This document shows, one piece after another, positions 47,452 through 58,616 of a stretch of DNA of 64,000 bases. The DNA comes from a virus. The number at the start of each line of letters is the position of its first letter. Position 1 is the first letter of the stretch. The notes beneath the pieces are model-generated. The model had not been told where the DNA came from. It made no database searches and saw only the letters and a list, made by a program, of their open reading frames with translations. The stretch is from the IMG/VR virus record IMGVR_UViG_3300028581_000012. The stretch is one strand, 5' to 3'. The position numbers and the translations under genes are program-made.

Positions 47452-48258
47452 TTAATTCCACACTTGGATATAACCTAAATAAGATGTAAATGAGTTAGTT
47501 GTTCCTCCACTCATTATTAATTGAAAATCTCCTCCCGTAAAACCAGAAACCGTTACGGGGGTCGACGCATCTGAAAGTGCATATCTTTTAAAATCACCAT
47601 TATTGTCACACCATCCAATAGAATAACAACCGATTGCTGTACCACCACTAAAAACAATTTCACCAAATATTTCGGATGGATGGTTATTTGCTTGGGCGGT
47701 AGACGCACCAAGGATAGTATAACTAATTAATGTGTCTGAACCAAATTTTGTAACCATTTCAATAGTAGGTGAGTTGTCCAAAGACCCCCATATACCCGTT
47801 ACCCTAAAATGTATAATTTTTGAAATATAATTAACACTATCAGTAAAAAATTGAGTTGTAAAATTTTTTGAGCCAAAATTTGTTGCCCCACTAAATAAAT
47901 CAGCACTTGACCCAACTCCATATGTAATAACATTATTTCTAGTATAAATAGTTCTCATTGCAACTCCACCCAAAATATCTGTATTCCCACTTATTGAGTT
48001 TAGTGATGGTGAAGTACCTGATGTTCCGTTTGTGCCGCTAGTTCCGTTTGTACCTGAAGTACCATTCGTACCACTTGACCCTGAGGAACCACTAGTCCCA
48101 CTACTACCTGAAGTTCCAGCAATTGATGCTGTTATCGCACTAAAAGGTACCGCCTCAGTTCTACCACTTGTAATTGGTGTGTAATTAACAATAACTAATA
48201 ATGAATTGGCGTATCCTGTGGTTGCTGCCGGTAAGGAGGATATTGGTAAATCTGGCAT
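47452..48258 (-). CDS. fibre-like protein with G-T/S-S/N collagen-like triplets
   Basis: 'PISSLPAAT' N-terminus; GTSGSSGTSGSSGSSGTNGTSGTN... Confidence 0.75.
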   Translation of the reverse strand: MPDLPISSLPAATTGYANSLLVIVNYTPITSGRTEAVPFSAITASIAGTSGSSGTSGSSGSSGTNGTSGTNGTSGTNGTSGTSPSLNSISGNTDILGGVAMRTIYTRNNVITYGVGSSADLFSGATNFGSKNFTTQFFTDSVNYISKIIHFRVTGIWGSLDNSPTIEMVTKFGSDTLISYTILGASTAQANNHPSEIFGEIVFSGGTAIGCYSIGWCDNNGDFKRYALSDASTPVTVSGFTGGDFQLIMSGGTTNSFTSYLGYIQVWN

Positions 48259-48281
48259 AGGTTTTTATAAATAAATATTTG

Positions 48282-48569
48282 TTATGTTATTTTGATTCTA
48301 AATCCATCTTCTTGTAATATATAAAAACCATCTTCTTGTAATAAATAACTTCCACAATCAATTTGTATTTCTCTTATACACCCATCCGCAGTTATAACTT
48401 TAATATAAACAATGTCTTCATTTGGAAAAAAAACTGATGAATCTATTACGACATTTGGTGGGATAGAAGTGACCCCTGATACATAAAAACAAGATACGTT
48501 TGTTGGGTCACATATATAAACATCATATGGACTTGTGCCACTTGTTACTCCAGTAATTTCTATTATCAT
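48282..48569 (-). CDS. small structural protein, paralog family A with LLQEDG repeats
   Basis: 'SGTSPYDVYICD..IKVITADGC..YLLQEDGFYILQEDG'. Confidence 0.7.
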   Translation of the reverse strand: MIIEITGVTSGTSPYDVYICDPTNVSCFYVSGVTSIPPNVVIDSSVFFPNEDIVYIKVITADGCIREIQIDCGSYLLQEDGFYILQEDGFRIKIT

Positions 48570-48572
48570 AAT

Positions 48573-48782
48573 TTAACAATTTACTTCTTGAAATGTTTCA
48601 CAACCGTTATCATCAATAGCCTTTATAACTAATGAACTCGCACCACTGTAATATGCACTTAAAACATAAGTACCAAGTGAAGTACCAAGAAGTGAGCAGT
48701 TGTTACCATTTTGGTCACAAACATAATAATCAATTGGAGGCGTTCCTCCTGTTAAACCCGTTATGTCTATAGAATAAGGCAT
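48573..48782 (-). CDS. small structural protein, paralog family A
   Basis: 'GGTPPIDYYVCD..IKAIDDNGC'. Confidence 0.7.
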   Translation of the reverse strand: MPYSIDITGLTGGTPPIDYYVCDQNGNNCSLLGTSLGTYVLSAYYSGASSLVIKAIDDNGCETFQEVNC

Positions 48783-51089
48783 CTACGTGTTACAGGTTAC
48801 ATCATACTCTATTGTTAATTCCAATGTAAAATTGGCATCTGATAATGGGTCAAAATCACCTTCACAATTTGATTCAATATGTATTGTATTATCAGTTAAA
48901 CTTATTGTGTAAAGACTAATATCTGTAATACCACTTAAGACACCCTCTATTGTTGATTGCCATAATGTGTCTTGTGGAACGTCGTTTAATGTTGTGGCAG
49001 TATAGAATGGTTGTGTGAAACCTGAACCATTTATATCTAACTCAAGTATGAATTCTGCAGTATTTAAACTACAACCCGTATATCCACTTGTAACGTCAAT
49101 ATAACCTTCATTTAACATTTCTAAAAAGCCTCTTTTTGCGCCAACTGTTGTTGTAAACACATCATTACATAATGAAACGACAGAATAAGTTGTCACGTTA
49201 TTTCCTGAACACGTAATTGTAAAATTGTGAGTTTGTGAACAACCACTACTATCCACAACTTCAACTGAGTAAGTGCCGGCAGTTAATCCTGAAATTGTGG
49301 AACCTGTTTGTCCTGATGGTATGTTGTCAGACCAATCATAAGTAAATGTTGGTTCGCCATCGTAAATTAAAACTTCGGCAGTGCCATTTTGACCATTATA
49401 ACATTGTGTTGTAGAAATTGCTGAAATTAAACTACCTCCTGTTGAAATGGTTATTGATTCTCTTATTTCGCAACCTTCTCCATCGACTATTGTTAATATA
49501 TAACTTCCAGCCGTTAAGTTATTAAATGTATATGCCGTTGCAGATGTATCAATCACTGACTGACCATCACTTAAGATGTAATCTAATGGTAAAGTATAAC
49601 CTGTACTAACTTCAATATATAGTACACCATCAGTTTGCGAACAAGTTGAACCAGTTGTTAATGTTGTTGCACTAAACTTATCCGTTGAAGAAACTGTAAA
49701 TGTTGTTGTATACTCACAATTAGTTCCTGTTGCCGATATTGTTAAGTCATAAGTATCGTTAGTCAAACCTGAAAATGAACTTGTTAAACTTTGTGTTGTA
49801 TTTGTATAAACTTGCCCATTGGTTTGTCCTGATAAACTGTAAGTATAAAAGTTGTTTGACCCTTGTAATGAAATTGAAACTGAACCTAGTTGTTGACTAC
49901 AATTCGAATTTGATACTTGTGTATCAACAACAAAAAATGAGTTAGTAGCATTTATAAATGCACTTATAGTTTCCTTACAAAAATTACCATCAGTAATTTC
50001 TAAATTGTAATTACCGCTTGATAAACCTGAAAGTGTTAGTGTATTACTAAGTGTATATCCAACTTGTGAAGTACTTGCCGAATAGTAATATGGAACACTA
50101 CCACCTGTAATTGTGAAAGTTATACTCCCATCTGATGAAAAACAACTTGGATTGTTTGATGTGACAATACCTAAACCTAATGGTTCGGCTTGACCTATGG
50201 TTTCACTTTTAGTGGTACTACACCCATTTGAGTCTGTAACGGTACAACTATATGTGCCTATTGTTAGACCAGTAATTGTTTGACCGGTTTCACCATTACT
50301 CCAAAGATATGTATATGGTGCGGTTCCTGTTACGCCAGTGACTGAAAGTTTGCCTTGATTTATCACACAAGTCGACGCATCTACTTTCCAAAATCCAAAG
50401 TCTAATGCAGTACTTGCAGAAATAATAGCATTCGCAGTTGTGGCGGTTGACAACCCGTAATCAACAACTTCAACAAAATAAGTATCCGCAGATAAATTTG
50501 TGAACGTATAGGGAAAAAGTGTAGTATTTTGTGATTGTATTGTACCACCACTTGTCTTTAAAAACAAAACATAAGGTGATGATTGTGAATTTGCACTTAC
50601 AGTTAAAGTACCATCGTTTGAGCCACAAAAAGTTCCTGTGACTTCAATAATATCTGTGTAGAAACAACCAGTGATTATTACATTAACATATAATTCATTA
50701 TTTTCATACCCCAATGAATCATTTAATCTAAATACATAAGTGTCCGCAGTTAACCCTGTAAAGGTTATTGGACTTGAGGATGTTTGAGCGGTAATCCCTC
50801 CTGGTATGACATTATCAATAGTGTATGGTGGTATTCCTCCAAAGGGTGAAAATGTAACCGAACCTGTTGGGTCTGAACAAGTTCCTGTTACCGAAAATGA
50901 TAATCCAATTGGTTGTTCTTCGCAAGTTGGGTCGCAAGAACTATCCTCATCAATATATATACCATATGACGACCCAGAGTATACGCCATCTACACAAATA
51001 CTTTCACCTAAAGATGCCCCTGTTCTGGTGACACCACAACAGTCAATATAATAATATACACCATCCGTTAATCCTGTATAACAAGCCAT
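48783..51089 (-). CDS. multi-SprB-repeat virion/adhesin protein
   Basis: ~8 repeats of C...G...GG.PY.Y.W....L.AGTY...VTD.NGC. Confidence 0.8.
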   Translation of the reverse strand: MACYTGLTDGVYYYIDCCGVTRTGASLGESICVDGVYSGSSYGIYIDEDSSCDPTCEEQPIGLSFSVTGTCSDPTGSVTFSPFGGIPPYTIDNVIPGGITAQTSSSPITFTGLTADTYVFRLNDSLGYENNELYVNVIITGCFYTDIIEVTGTFCGSNDGTLTVSANSQSSPYVLFLKTSGGTIQSQNTTLFPYTFTNLSADTYFVEVVDYGLSTATTANAIISASTALDFGFWKVDASTCVINQGKLSVTGVTGTAPYTYLWSNGETGQTITGLTIGTYSCTVTDSNGCSTTKSETIGQAEPLGLGIVTSNNPSCFSSDGSITFTITGGSVPYYYSASTSQVGYTLSNTLTLSGLSSGNYNLEITDGNFCKETISAFINATNSFFVVDTQVSNSNCSQQLGSVSISLQGSNNFYTYSLSGQTNGQVYTNTTQSLTSSFSGLTNDTYDLTISATGTNCEYTTTFTVSSTDKFSATTLTTGSTCSQTDGVLYIEVSTGYTLPLDYILSDGQSVIDTSATAYTFNNLTAGSYILTIVDGEGCEIRESITISTGGSLISAISTTQCYNGQNGTAEVLIYDGEPTFTYDWSDNIPSGQTGSTISGLTAGTYSVEVVDSSGCSQTHNFTITCSGNNVTTYSVVSLCNDVFTTTVGAKRGFLEMLNEGYIDVTSGYTGCSLNTAEFILELDINGSGFTQPFYTATTLNDVPQDTLWQSTIEGVLSGITDISLYTISLTDNTIHIESNCEGDFDPLSDANFTLELTIEYDVTCNT

Positions 51090-54037
51090 TAATTACAATT
51101 TATACTAGCGTTTATACCTATATTTAAGTAGAGTTTTTTGTTTGTGAAGTCATCATAACAAGTTGAGTTACTAATTATTAAAGTTTTACCTGCAAAATAG
51201 TAGTTCAAACCTTGGTTATACAACCCTACTAATTTGTTATCGATTTCCGTTATAATTTGAGCAACTGTAGGAACGTCATAGAACCCATACCCCGTATAGA
51301 ATTGTTCTTGTACTAATATTGTATTATCCAATCTACAATCAACAAACCATTCCGAAACTATACTAGTTAAATCACAATTCGCCTGTGTATATCCACTTTG
51401 AGCGACAACTGCACTCAACACTTGAGTTAAATATGTTTGAGGGCTTTGGAAATTCAATTCACAAGATAGGGTTTGGTCAATACAATCATAACCAAATAAC
51501 TGACCGTCGAATGTACAAGGTACACATTCAACTTGAATAAATTGGCATCCTCTTTGTCTTCTCCATACAAACTTTTGTCTATGGAAAATTGAATTCTCCA
51601 TTTTTTGACCCGTTAACCAAAGAGTTGTTGCTGGAACCAATTGTTCCAATAATCTTTGCCAATAATCACCAATACCTAAAGTATAATCAATCATTTTTTG
51701 ATATGTGAATTGATTAGAAGGTATACCTACGGTTTGTTGTGACTGAAGATATTTCCAATATATTGATTGGAGTGTTGGATATCCCCCTGTTTTACCATCA
51801 AAAATAGTTTGTCTATTACGAACATTAATCATATTCATAAAGAATGATTGTGCAAACTCAAAGAAAGTTTTTTGTTTTGGTTTTGGATTAACAAATGTCC
51901 AATCAATTGCACCAGGATATGGGTAAGGTGATGTAAGACCTGAGTTTGGAATTGGGTAGTCATATTTAACACACATATCCCAAACGTCATAAACTAACCC
52001 TTGACCCATATTAATGTTTAGTTCAATATTTTTAGAGTTAATAATTTGCTTATCACTCGTTACTGTATAATCAACTCCATTAAAATTTGAGTCGTTTTTT
52101 CTATTACCAATATCATCAACTGACCAAGACTTTTGATTATCAAATATTTTTGTAATAGTATAACCTTCATTTAGATATGGAAACTTTGTAAATCGGTTTA
52201 AGTATTCTTGACCGTATGAAGGTGCTTGTAACTTTGTTAGAACACTAGGAACATTTTGATTAAGTTGTGAATTTTCTAAATCAACAACTTGAGGTGCCCT
52301 ATGTTTAGGACTTGACTCAAACCAACCTGAACCTTTTTGATAAAAATAATCATCAGTTTGTTGAGGAGCTTTTGGGTATCCGTCGTCAGATATGCCGTAG
52401 TCATTTAAAGTTGTTGTTACCGTTTCGACTCTTCCATCAGTAGTAAAACCTGTATAAGTAACACCATGCACCGAAAAAGTATTTGTTGGGTCTAATGCCG
52501 GTCTTTCAACATATACTGTCCCACCACTAATTTTAGCATAGTTTTCTTTAAATTGCTCAACATTAATTTTAGAATCCACTAAATAAACAACCTCGTTAAA
52601 TTCTGTAATTGCTTCAGGTGCCCCAATAAGTCTCATTATGTATTCTAAAGAATTTCTTGTACCTTTAGATTTGAACATATAGGCAGAATTTAAAATTACG
52701 TTTCTATAATATTGATAATTTAACTCTGATGGTGTTTGGTCTTGAGCCTGACCTGTATAAATTTGTTCAGAACTTGTACTAAATACTGCCTCTAATAATT
52801 GGTCATTATTAATCGGTGATATGTTGGTATTTACTCCGAGTGTTTGCGCTAAATTGACCAAAAGTTGTGATGGTATATCATTTCCAACTTTATAATTAAC
52901 GGAGTTCATATTAGCCAATGCGTCAATAAACTTTTTAACCTCATCAAAACTTCTACCGTAAATTTGTAGAATTTTTTCCATTTTTTGGTCTTGGGTGTCA
53001 AAGTCTTTAAATGCCCCTGTTGTTAAAAATCTAGATATTAAATTTGTTTTATATTCATCTAAATTTAATGATATATTACTTAACTTATCTAAGTAATTGT
53101 CAAAATTTGATGATACTATATCTAAATTCCAAGTCCCATCTAAAAACCAAGTAACACTTTCAATTTTTAAAGTAAAATCACCATTAGAGTCATAGTAAGG
53201 ATACTGAAAAGTTGATGTATATTTAGGTTGACTATTTCTATTTAAAATAAAATCCTCAACTTCATCAAATTCATCTTGAAATATTTCTGCCGTTTTTTGT
53301 GTATTGGGTTTTATAATTAAATTATCAGTTGATGCGGTTACCCCTGAAAAAGGGTCTCCAATTACTGTCATCGTGATGGTACCTGCAGTTAAAGTTGTTG
53401 AGGGTATAAAATCAACTAAAGGATATTCTGTAGTAACACTTGAAAAGTATAAACTAAAATCTTGATAATTGTTTGTTATATCTCGGTATTTAGAAACTTT
53501 GATTGGTCTAACTTGTAAGTTTCTTCTTGCATTTGTAGAAAAATCAATGTCAAATGGATTTGTAATCCACGGAACATTAACATCAAAAGTTGTTAAATTT
53601 TCTATTGGGTCAAAAGTAATGTTAATAGCCGTATAACCCGTTGTTAATGACAATGTTTGGTTTCTTACATCAAGAGCCGCTGGATAATAACTAATTATTT
53701 TTGTTACAGATGCCGATAATCTTTTTTGTAGTGAACCATACAAGGTAAAACTTGTGACTTGTGAAATATCAAAATTTGGATAAACTGAAAAATTCTTTTG
53801 TATTATTTTTTTGGTTTGCTCAATATCTTCAATATTAAGATTTTCCAAATTATAAAGTTGTGAAAATACACCTAAATCAAAATTTCTGTTTACCTTTTCA
53901 TAAATGGCAGTTGTAAATTCAAAATTTCCTTGTGTTAAACCACCACCAGTAACCAACTGAAATCCAACAATATTGTTAAAAGCAGTAGAACTACCTACAG
54001 GGGGAGCCGGTGGATATCTAAAAATTTGTTTTGCCAT
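51089..54037 (-). CDS. large baseplate/tail structural protein
   Basis: 'YMFKSKGTRNSLEYIMRLIG' resembles baseplate/tail protein I-type motif; structural context. Confidence 0.65.
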   Translation of the reverse strand: MAKQIFRYPPAPPVGSSTAFNNIVGFQLVTGGGLTQGNFEFTTAIYEKVNRNFDLGVFSQLYNLENLNIEDIEQTKKIIQKNFSVYPNFDISQVTSFTLYGSLQKRLSASVTKIISYYPAALDVRNQTLSLTTGYTAINITFDPIENLTTFDVNVPWITNPFDIDFSTNARRNLQVRPIKVSKYRDITNNYQDFSLYFSSVTTEYPLVDFIPSTTLTAGTITMTVIGDPFSGVTASTDNLIIKPNTQKTAEIFQDEFDEVEDFILNRNSQPKYTSTFQYPYYDSNGDFTLKIESVTWFLDGTWNLDIVSSNFDNYLDKLSNISLNLDEYKTNLISRFLTTGAFKDFDTQDQKMEKILQIYGRSFDEVKKFIDALANMNSVNYKVGNDIPSQLLVNLAQTLGVNTNISPINNDQLLEAVFSTSSEQIYTGQAQDQTPSELNYQYYRNVILNSAYMFKSKGTRNSLEYIMRLIGAPEAITEFNEVVYLVDSKINVEQFKENYAKISGGTVYVERPALDPTNTFSVHGVTYTGFTTDGRVETVTTTLNDYGISDDGYPKAPQQTDDYFYQKGSGWFESSPKHRAPQVVDLENSQLNQNVPSVLTKLQAPSYGQEYLNRFTKFPYLNEGYTITKIFDNQKSWSVDDIGNRKNDSNFNGVDYTVTSDKQIINSKNIELNINMGQGLVYDVWDMCVKYDYPIPNSGLTSPYPYPGAIDWTFVNPKPKQKTFFEFAQSFFMNMINVRNRQTIFDGKTGGYPTLQSIYWKYLQSQQTVGIPSNQFTYQKMIDYTLGIGDYWQRLLEQLVPATTLWLTGQKMENSIFHRQKFVWRRQRGCQFIQVECVPCTFDGQLFGYDCIDQTLSCELNFQSPQTYLTQVLSAVVAQSGYTQANCDLTSIVSEWFVDCRLDNTILVQEQFYTGYGFYDVPTVAQIITEIDNKLVGLYNQGLNYYFAGKTLIISNSTCYDDFTNKKLYLNIGINASINCN

Positions 54038-54945
54038 TATTCAACTATGTTCGTAAAGTTTTTACTATAATCAATGTTATTATTTCTATCTTGTCTAACT
54101 TCATAAAGAAGCTCATTGAATGTATCTCTAATTTCAAACAAGTTGTATTGTTTGTAGATGTTGCCAGCACTATCGTAAAGAGTGTAAATACCATCTTCAA
54201 TACTTTTAGTTTGGTTCCCATAAAGAGCAATTGCCAACGTATCAATATCGTATTCAGCCATTTGAATATCGATAGTTATCGGATTGAAAAATGTATTAGT
54301 TATTATAATGTTTTGATTTGGTTGTCCAATAAATGGTATTGCGTTTGGTTTATTAGACGGTGATGAAGACGGTGAAACAGTACAAAAAATTAAATCTGTT
54401 GGGTTATCAACATATCTATATCTTATGGCCTTTTGTGATGTATTAACTTGTTCTGTCACCACGGGTTCACAATAAAATGATGAGGTTACTATTCTATAAA
54501 AATTTGGGATTTTGGTGCCGTCAGAATTTAAATACTCAATTCTAAACCCAACGAGTCCTTGGTTAACAAACTTGTTTCTATACTGTGAAGGAACACTGTT
54601 AATATCAATAATGATACCTTTAACGTTTGGTAGTGCAGATAGAACACCACAATCGGTAATTGTTGTTCTAATTTCTGCAGGTCTTATCATTAAAGTATAT
54701 ATTCCTAATCTACTAAACTCTGTTGCCGGTAGTTTAAGATTGTATAATCCTCCTAATATTTCTACATTATTGTTTCCACCAGTGTCGGAATTATGGAAGT
54801 ATGGTGTTAAAATATTTGCAGCATTTAATTTTTTCAATAAAAAATTATCTGTCACATCTCGTGAAGGTGTATAGTGAAGAATGATTTCAACATCTTCAGG
54901 TGATACGTCAGCGGGTCTAGTTATGCCGTATGTGCCAAGTGCCAT
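54037..54945 (-). CDS. conserved virion structural protein
   Basis: ORF track; TATTTAT upstream. Confidence 0.7.
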   Translation of the reverse strand: MALGTYGITRPADVSPEDVEIILHYTPSRDVTDNFLLKKLNAANILTPYFHNSDTGGNNNVEILGGLYNLKLPATEFSRLGIYTLMIRPAEIRTTITDCGVLSALPNVKGIIIDINSVPSQYRNKFVNQGLVGFRIEYLNSDGTKIPNFYRIVTSSFYCEPVVTEQVNTSQKAIRYRYVDNPTDLIFCTVSPSSSPSNKPNAIPFIGQPNQNIIITNTFFNPITIDIQMAEYDIDTLAIALYGNQTKSIEDGIYTLYDSAGNIYKQYNLFEIRDTFNELLYEVRQDRNNNIDYSKNFTNIVE

Positions 54946-54977
54946 TTTTTTATTTTATAAATAGTTTATGTAATTTT

Positions 54978-56066
54978 TTATGTTTGATTAATTTTATAAT
55001 ATCCGTATCCATACCTAACCATATCACCTATATTATCAACTTCATTTAATCTTTGTAAAGGTTCAAAGGCACTATACTTACCTCTTTCAATGTAAACATC
55101 ACTTTGAACTTCGGGGTCCATAACAAAGTCTAATAGATATTCATTTTTTGTTATTGCCGAAAATAAAAGGTCGTTTTGGGTAAATCCTGAACTTTGAAGT
55201 AGGTATAATGTTTGCCCATTTGGAAAATCGTAATACGTAATGTCATTAATTGTGTATGAGGTATACCCTGAAGTTATTGAATTTATTTGACCGTATGGGA
55301 CTCCATTTTTTATAAAAGTATATCCAACAGTATATGGGTTAGGTCCCCATCTTTTTACGTCAGTTAATTTAGATTTAGTGAACCCCGATACAGGAAAAGG
55401 TACTGTCGTATAAGAACTTGATATTTGTGACGCTACGTTGTTTTGTGAATCACCTGTTGCAATAAAATCATAACTAACAGGTATTCCTGACCAAATACCA
55501 CCTTGTGGTGTAAAAGTAAAATTACCTTGTAAATTGGAAATGGTCACACCCGTCAAAGGGACAGTAATTGGTTTTTGAATAACCGTCATTCCAAATGTGT
55601 TTTGACCTGAAAAGGTTATAGTATAATCACCAGGTGTTGTCGGATATAAATGATTTAGTGGTTGGTTTGAAACTTGTTGTGTTGGGCTACCGTCCCCCCA
55701 ATCAACAAAGTAATTTGAAAGACTTATAAAAGATATTTCAATATCCCCCGATGTGTTATAGAAATATACATCATACGGACTTAAAGTATTTGCAGAAAAA
55801 ACAAAGTTTGCTAATACATCTTTTTGTAATAATAATCCGTCAAATTCACTATAAAATCCAATGTCATTCATTGTTTGGGTTAACATTATAGGAATTGTTA
55901 ACCCTGTAAGTAAAGAAGTTCCACCTGTACCACCACTTAAAATATAAGACATACCAGAATAGACACCAAACGTTTCAAGTCCTGTGTCACCACTATAAGT
56001 TTCTGTAAAAATATCTGATAAGATATTTTCAGGAGAAACAACTATTGAATATTTTTCAGCCTCCAT
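54978..56066 (-). CDS. structural protein with PKD-like domain
   Basis: 'VDWGDGS..HLYPTTPGDYTIT'. Confidence 0.7.
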   Translation of the reverse strand: MEAEKYSIVVSPENILSDIFTETYSGDTGLETFGVYSGMSYILSGGTGGTSLLTGLTIPIMLTQTMNDIGFYSEFDGLLLQKDVLANFVFSANTLSPYDVYFYNTSGDIEISFISLSNYFVDWGDGSPTQQVSNQPLNHLYPTTPGDYTITFSGQNTFGMTVIQKPITVPLTGVTISNLQGNFTFTPQGGIWSGIPVSYDFIATGDSQNNVASQISSSYTTVPFPVSGFTKSKLTDVKRWGPNPYTVGYTFIKNGVPYGQINSITSGYTSYTINDITYYDFPNGQTLYLLQSSGFTQNDLLFSAITKNEYLLDFVMDPEVQSDVYIERGKYSAFEPLQRLNEVDNIGDMVRYGYGYYKINQT

Positions 56067-56917
56067 TATGGGTTTCCGTATTCATACCATTTTATGACAT
56101 TAGTCGTATCACCAACTCTTAATAATGTTGGTGCTTGGTTTTGTTGTGGAATTTCTTTATAAACTTGGTATTCATAATTTGTAAAATCTAACTCCACTTT
56201 GTAGTAAAAGTATTGGGATTTATTAAAGTTAAATTCATTTCCTGCAGAAAATGTAGATTGTGGTTCATTCATAAATCTAACAAACTGACCGGTTTTTGCG
56301 TTAAAAAACTTTGCAGTCATATAAAATTCTGTAATATTAATAAAATCTCTTTCTTTTAACCAATAGATAAAAAACCCCTCTTTATCAGCCCCTGTGTAAT
56401 CTAACTTAAACTTTGGTTTTTTAACATTTACTTGGGTTTGATTATTTAAAGGACCTAAAAACCCAACTCTTGTTTGTCCTTGTTGTGTTGGAATTACAAC
56501 ACTAAAATATGCTTTTTGATTTTCATTTGTTTTTGTATCATAAAAATCTAATTTGAAAAAACTACCTTTAAAAGAGTTTACAAAATAATATAATTCAGGG
56601 TCTGTAAATGTTGCATTTGCATAATCAACGGACCAATCACTTGAAGTTGCTGAGGTAACTTGTACGGTTGAATCTAAAAAATAAAACTCATAGTTTATAT
56701 CAGTTTTATCGGGTGTTTGTAAGTAAGATGTATTTGCAAATCTTGTAGTTTCAAAATCATCAATACCATTTATCAAATCTTGTAATATATCTTTTTCAAA
56801 TTCAACTATACCATCATTTCTTCCTGCCATATCAAAACTTATTTCAACAGGAATATTAAAAAATGTGTCTTCCGGTGTTACACTAAATCTATAGTAGTTA
56901 TTATTCACAATCGTCAT
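56066..56917 (-). CDS. putative structural protein
   Basis: ORF track; operon context. Confidence 0.7.
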   Translation of the reverse strand: MTIVNNNYYRFSVTPEDTFFNIPVEISFDMAGRNDGIVEFEKDILQDLINGIDDFETTRFANTSYLQTPDKTDINYEFYFLDSTVQVTSATSSDWSVDYANATFTDPELYYFVNSFKGSFFKLDFYDTKTNENQKAYFSVVIPTQQGQTRVGFLGPLNNQTQVNVKKPKFKLDYTGADKEGFFIYWLKERDFINITEFYMTAKFFNAKTGQFVRFMNEPQSTFSAGNEFNFNKSQYFYYKVELDFTNYEYQVYKEIPQQNQAPTLLRVGDTTNVIKWYEYGNP

Positions 56918-58616
56918 TTATTATCTGTTGATATTCATTAGAGAATGTATTGTTGTTTCTTAGTATTGGGTACTGTAAAAATATGCAGTTTAAAAATGGG
57001 TAATGGGAACCATTTATAAATGGATTATTAACACCAATACCATCACTATCAATAAACCCATAGGTGTATAAATCCCTCCAAAACCATTTATTATTGTATT
57101 GACTAAACCAAGAATATCCAGGTATTCCTACTACAGATTTTTTATCACCATTTTCAATATAATCACTAAACGCTCTAATTGGTATAGAATAGTGTGGATT
57201 ATACAAGTAACCATCAGGATAGTTTTGATTACCTGTTGTTAAAAACAATATGTCATTAAATGAGTACTTATGAACCATTCTTGATAAAACATATTCTTTT
57301 TGTTCTATATAGTTGTACTCACAAAAATCCCCTGAAATAACATCACCCTGATTTAATATATCGTTATAATAAAAAGTTTGACCGTTATATAAATAAGAAG
57401 AAGTGGGAATGTTATCTTTATTCAAACTACTACTGTGATTCCACCACGTATCTATTGAGTTTTCTAAAAAGTTAAAGTTCCAACCAATATCAATACCACT
57501 TGGTATACTATTTTGATTTGGGAATGGTTTATTAAACCACCCCATATAACCTCGGTTAATAATGGTAAAAAACAATTCGGTGATTGGTTTTCCATTATTG
57601 TCAATATACCCCCCAATTTTAACATCCTTATCAAATGTGAATGAAAAACTTTGTGAATTATTTTTTACCGAAACTCTTTGTACTTGGTTTGGTGTAAGTG
57701 CTGAGTATTCTAATTTTTTATCAATTGCAAAAGGGTTATTTTCAAATCCAACTTTACCTACATTGCATTGCTCACTATTTTTTATTATTTTATGTAATCT
57801 TACATAATATATTGATTTTGTTTCCGCAGAGTTTGCAGGTTCAGTTATTCTTTTTAGGTTTCCGTAAATACCTGTCTGAACATCAATGGTAGGGTATTTT
57901 AAATCATAAATTGTAAAAACTTTTTCTTCTGAATTAATAGTACCATCACCCAAAGAATAAACTTGAAATACTGTTTTGTTATTTATTGGTGTTGATAGTT
58001 CAACGTATTGACCCACTTGTAAGTTATGAATTGTACCACAATAAAAATATACAAGTTGTTTTCCATTAAATTTACCTGTTGTTAATACATAAGGTATTCC
58101 ATCACCCGCCAAAAAACCACTATTAGTAACACCAAACTTTTCATCAGTATATGACATAGTTTGAGCCGTTGTACTTGAAAATGCATAACTCATATAAAAC
58201 GACCAATTATATGATGATGCACTTTTAGTGACAAACGGAATATGTCCAGTAATCCCACTAACTCTTACCATAGAAAACTCATCAAATTGAGGATTTCCTT
58301 CCCAAAAGTTTGCGTTATTTGTTGCATTTGCAATAGCATTTGTATAATACAAATAATTTTTAAATGGGGTATATGAAGTTTTACCTGTTACTGTATTATC
58401 AAACACATTTGTGATTTTACCTGCAACTCTAAACTTATCACTTGATTGTCTTTCTTGGTCAAAAATATTTTGTTGGTTTACAAGAATACTTCTATCCCCT
58501 TCAATTAACTCCCTTCTATCCCCAATTAAAGGTGGTTGTATCCAAACATCTCTGTCAACACTTCCGGCACTTCTTTCAGACCCAAGTACAATTCTTATTT
58601 CACTTTCGTTAGACAT
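56901..58616 (-). CDS. putative structural protein
   Basis: ORF track; operon context. Confidence 0.7.
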   Translation of the reverse strand: MSNESEIRIVLGSERSAGSVDRDVWIQPPLIGDRRELIEGDRSILVNQQNIFDQERQSSDKFRVAGKITNVFDNTVTGKTSYTPFKNYLYYTNAIANATNNANFWEGNPQFDEFSMVRVSGITGHIPFVTKSASSYNWSFYMSYAFSSTTAQTMSYTDEKFGVTNSGFLAGDGIPYVLTTGKFNGKQLVYFYCGTIHNLQVGQYVELSTPINNKTVFQVYSLGDGTINSEEKVFTIYDLKYPTIDVQTGIYGNLKRITEPANSAETKSIYYVRLHKIIKNSEQCNVGKVGFENNPFAIDKKLEYSALTPNQVQRVSVKNNSQSFSFTFDKDVKIGGYIDNNGKPITELFFTIINRGYMGWFNKPFPNQNSIPSGIDIGWNFNFLENSIDTWWNHSSSLNKDNIPTSSYLYNGQTFYYNDILNQGDVISGDFCEYNYIEQKEYVLSRMVHKYSFNDILFLTTGNQNYPDGYLYNPHYSIPIRAFSDYIENGDKKSVVGIPGYSWFSQYNNKWFWRDLYTYGFIDSDGIGVNNPFINGSHYPFLNCIFLQYPILRNNNTFSNEYQQIINDDCE

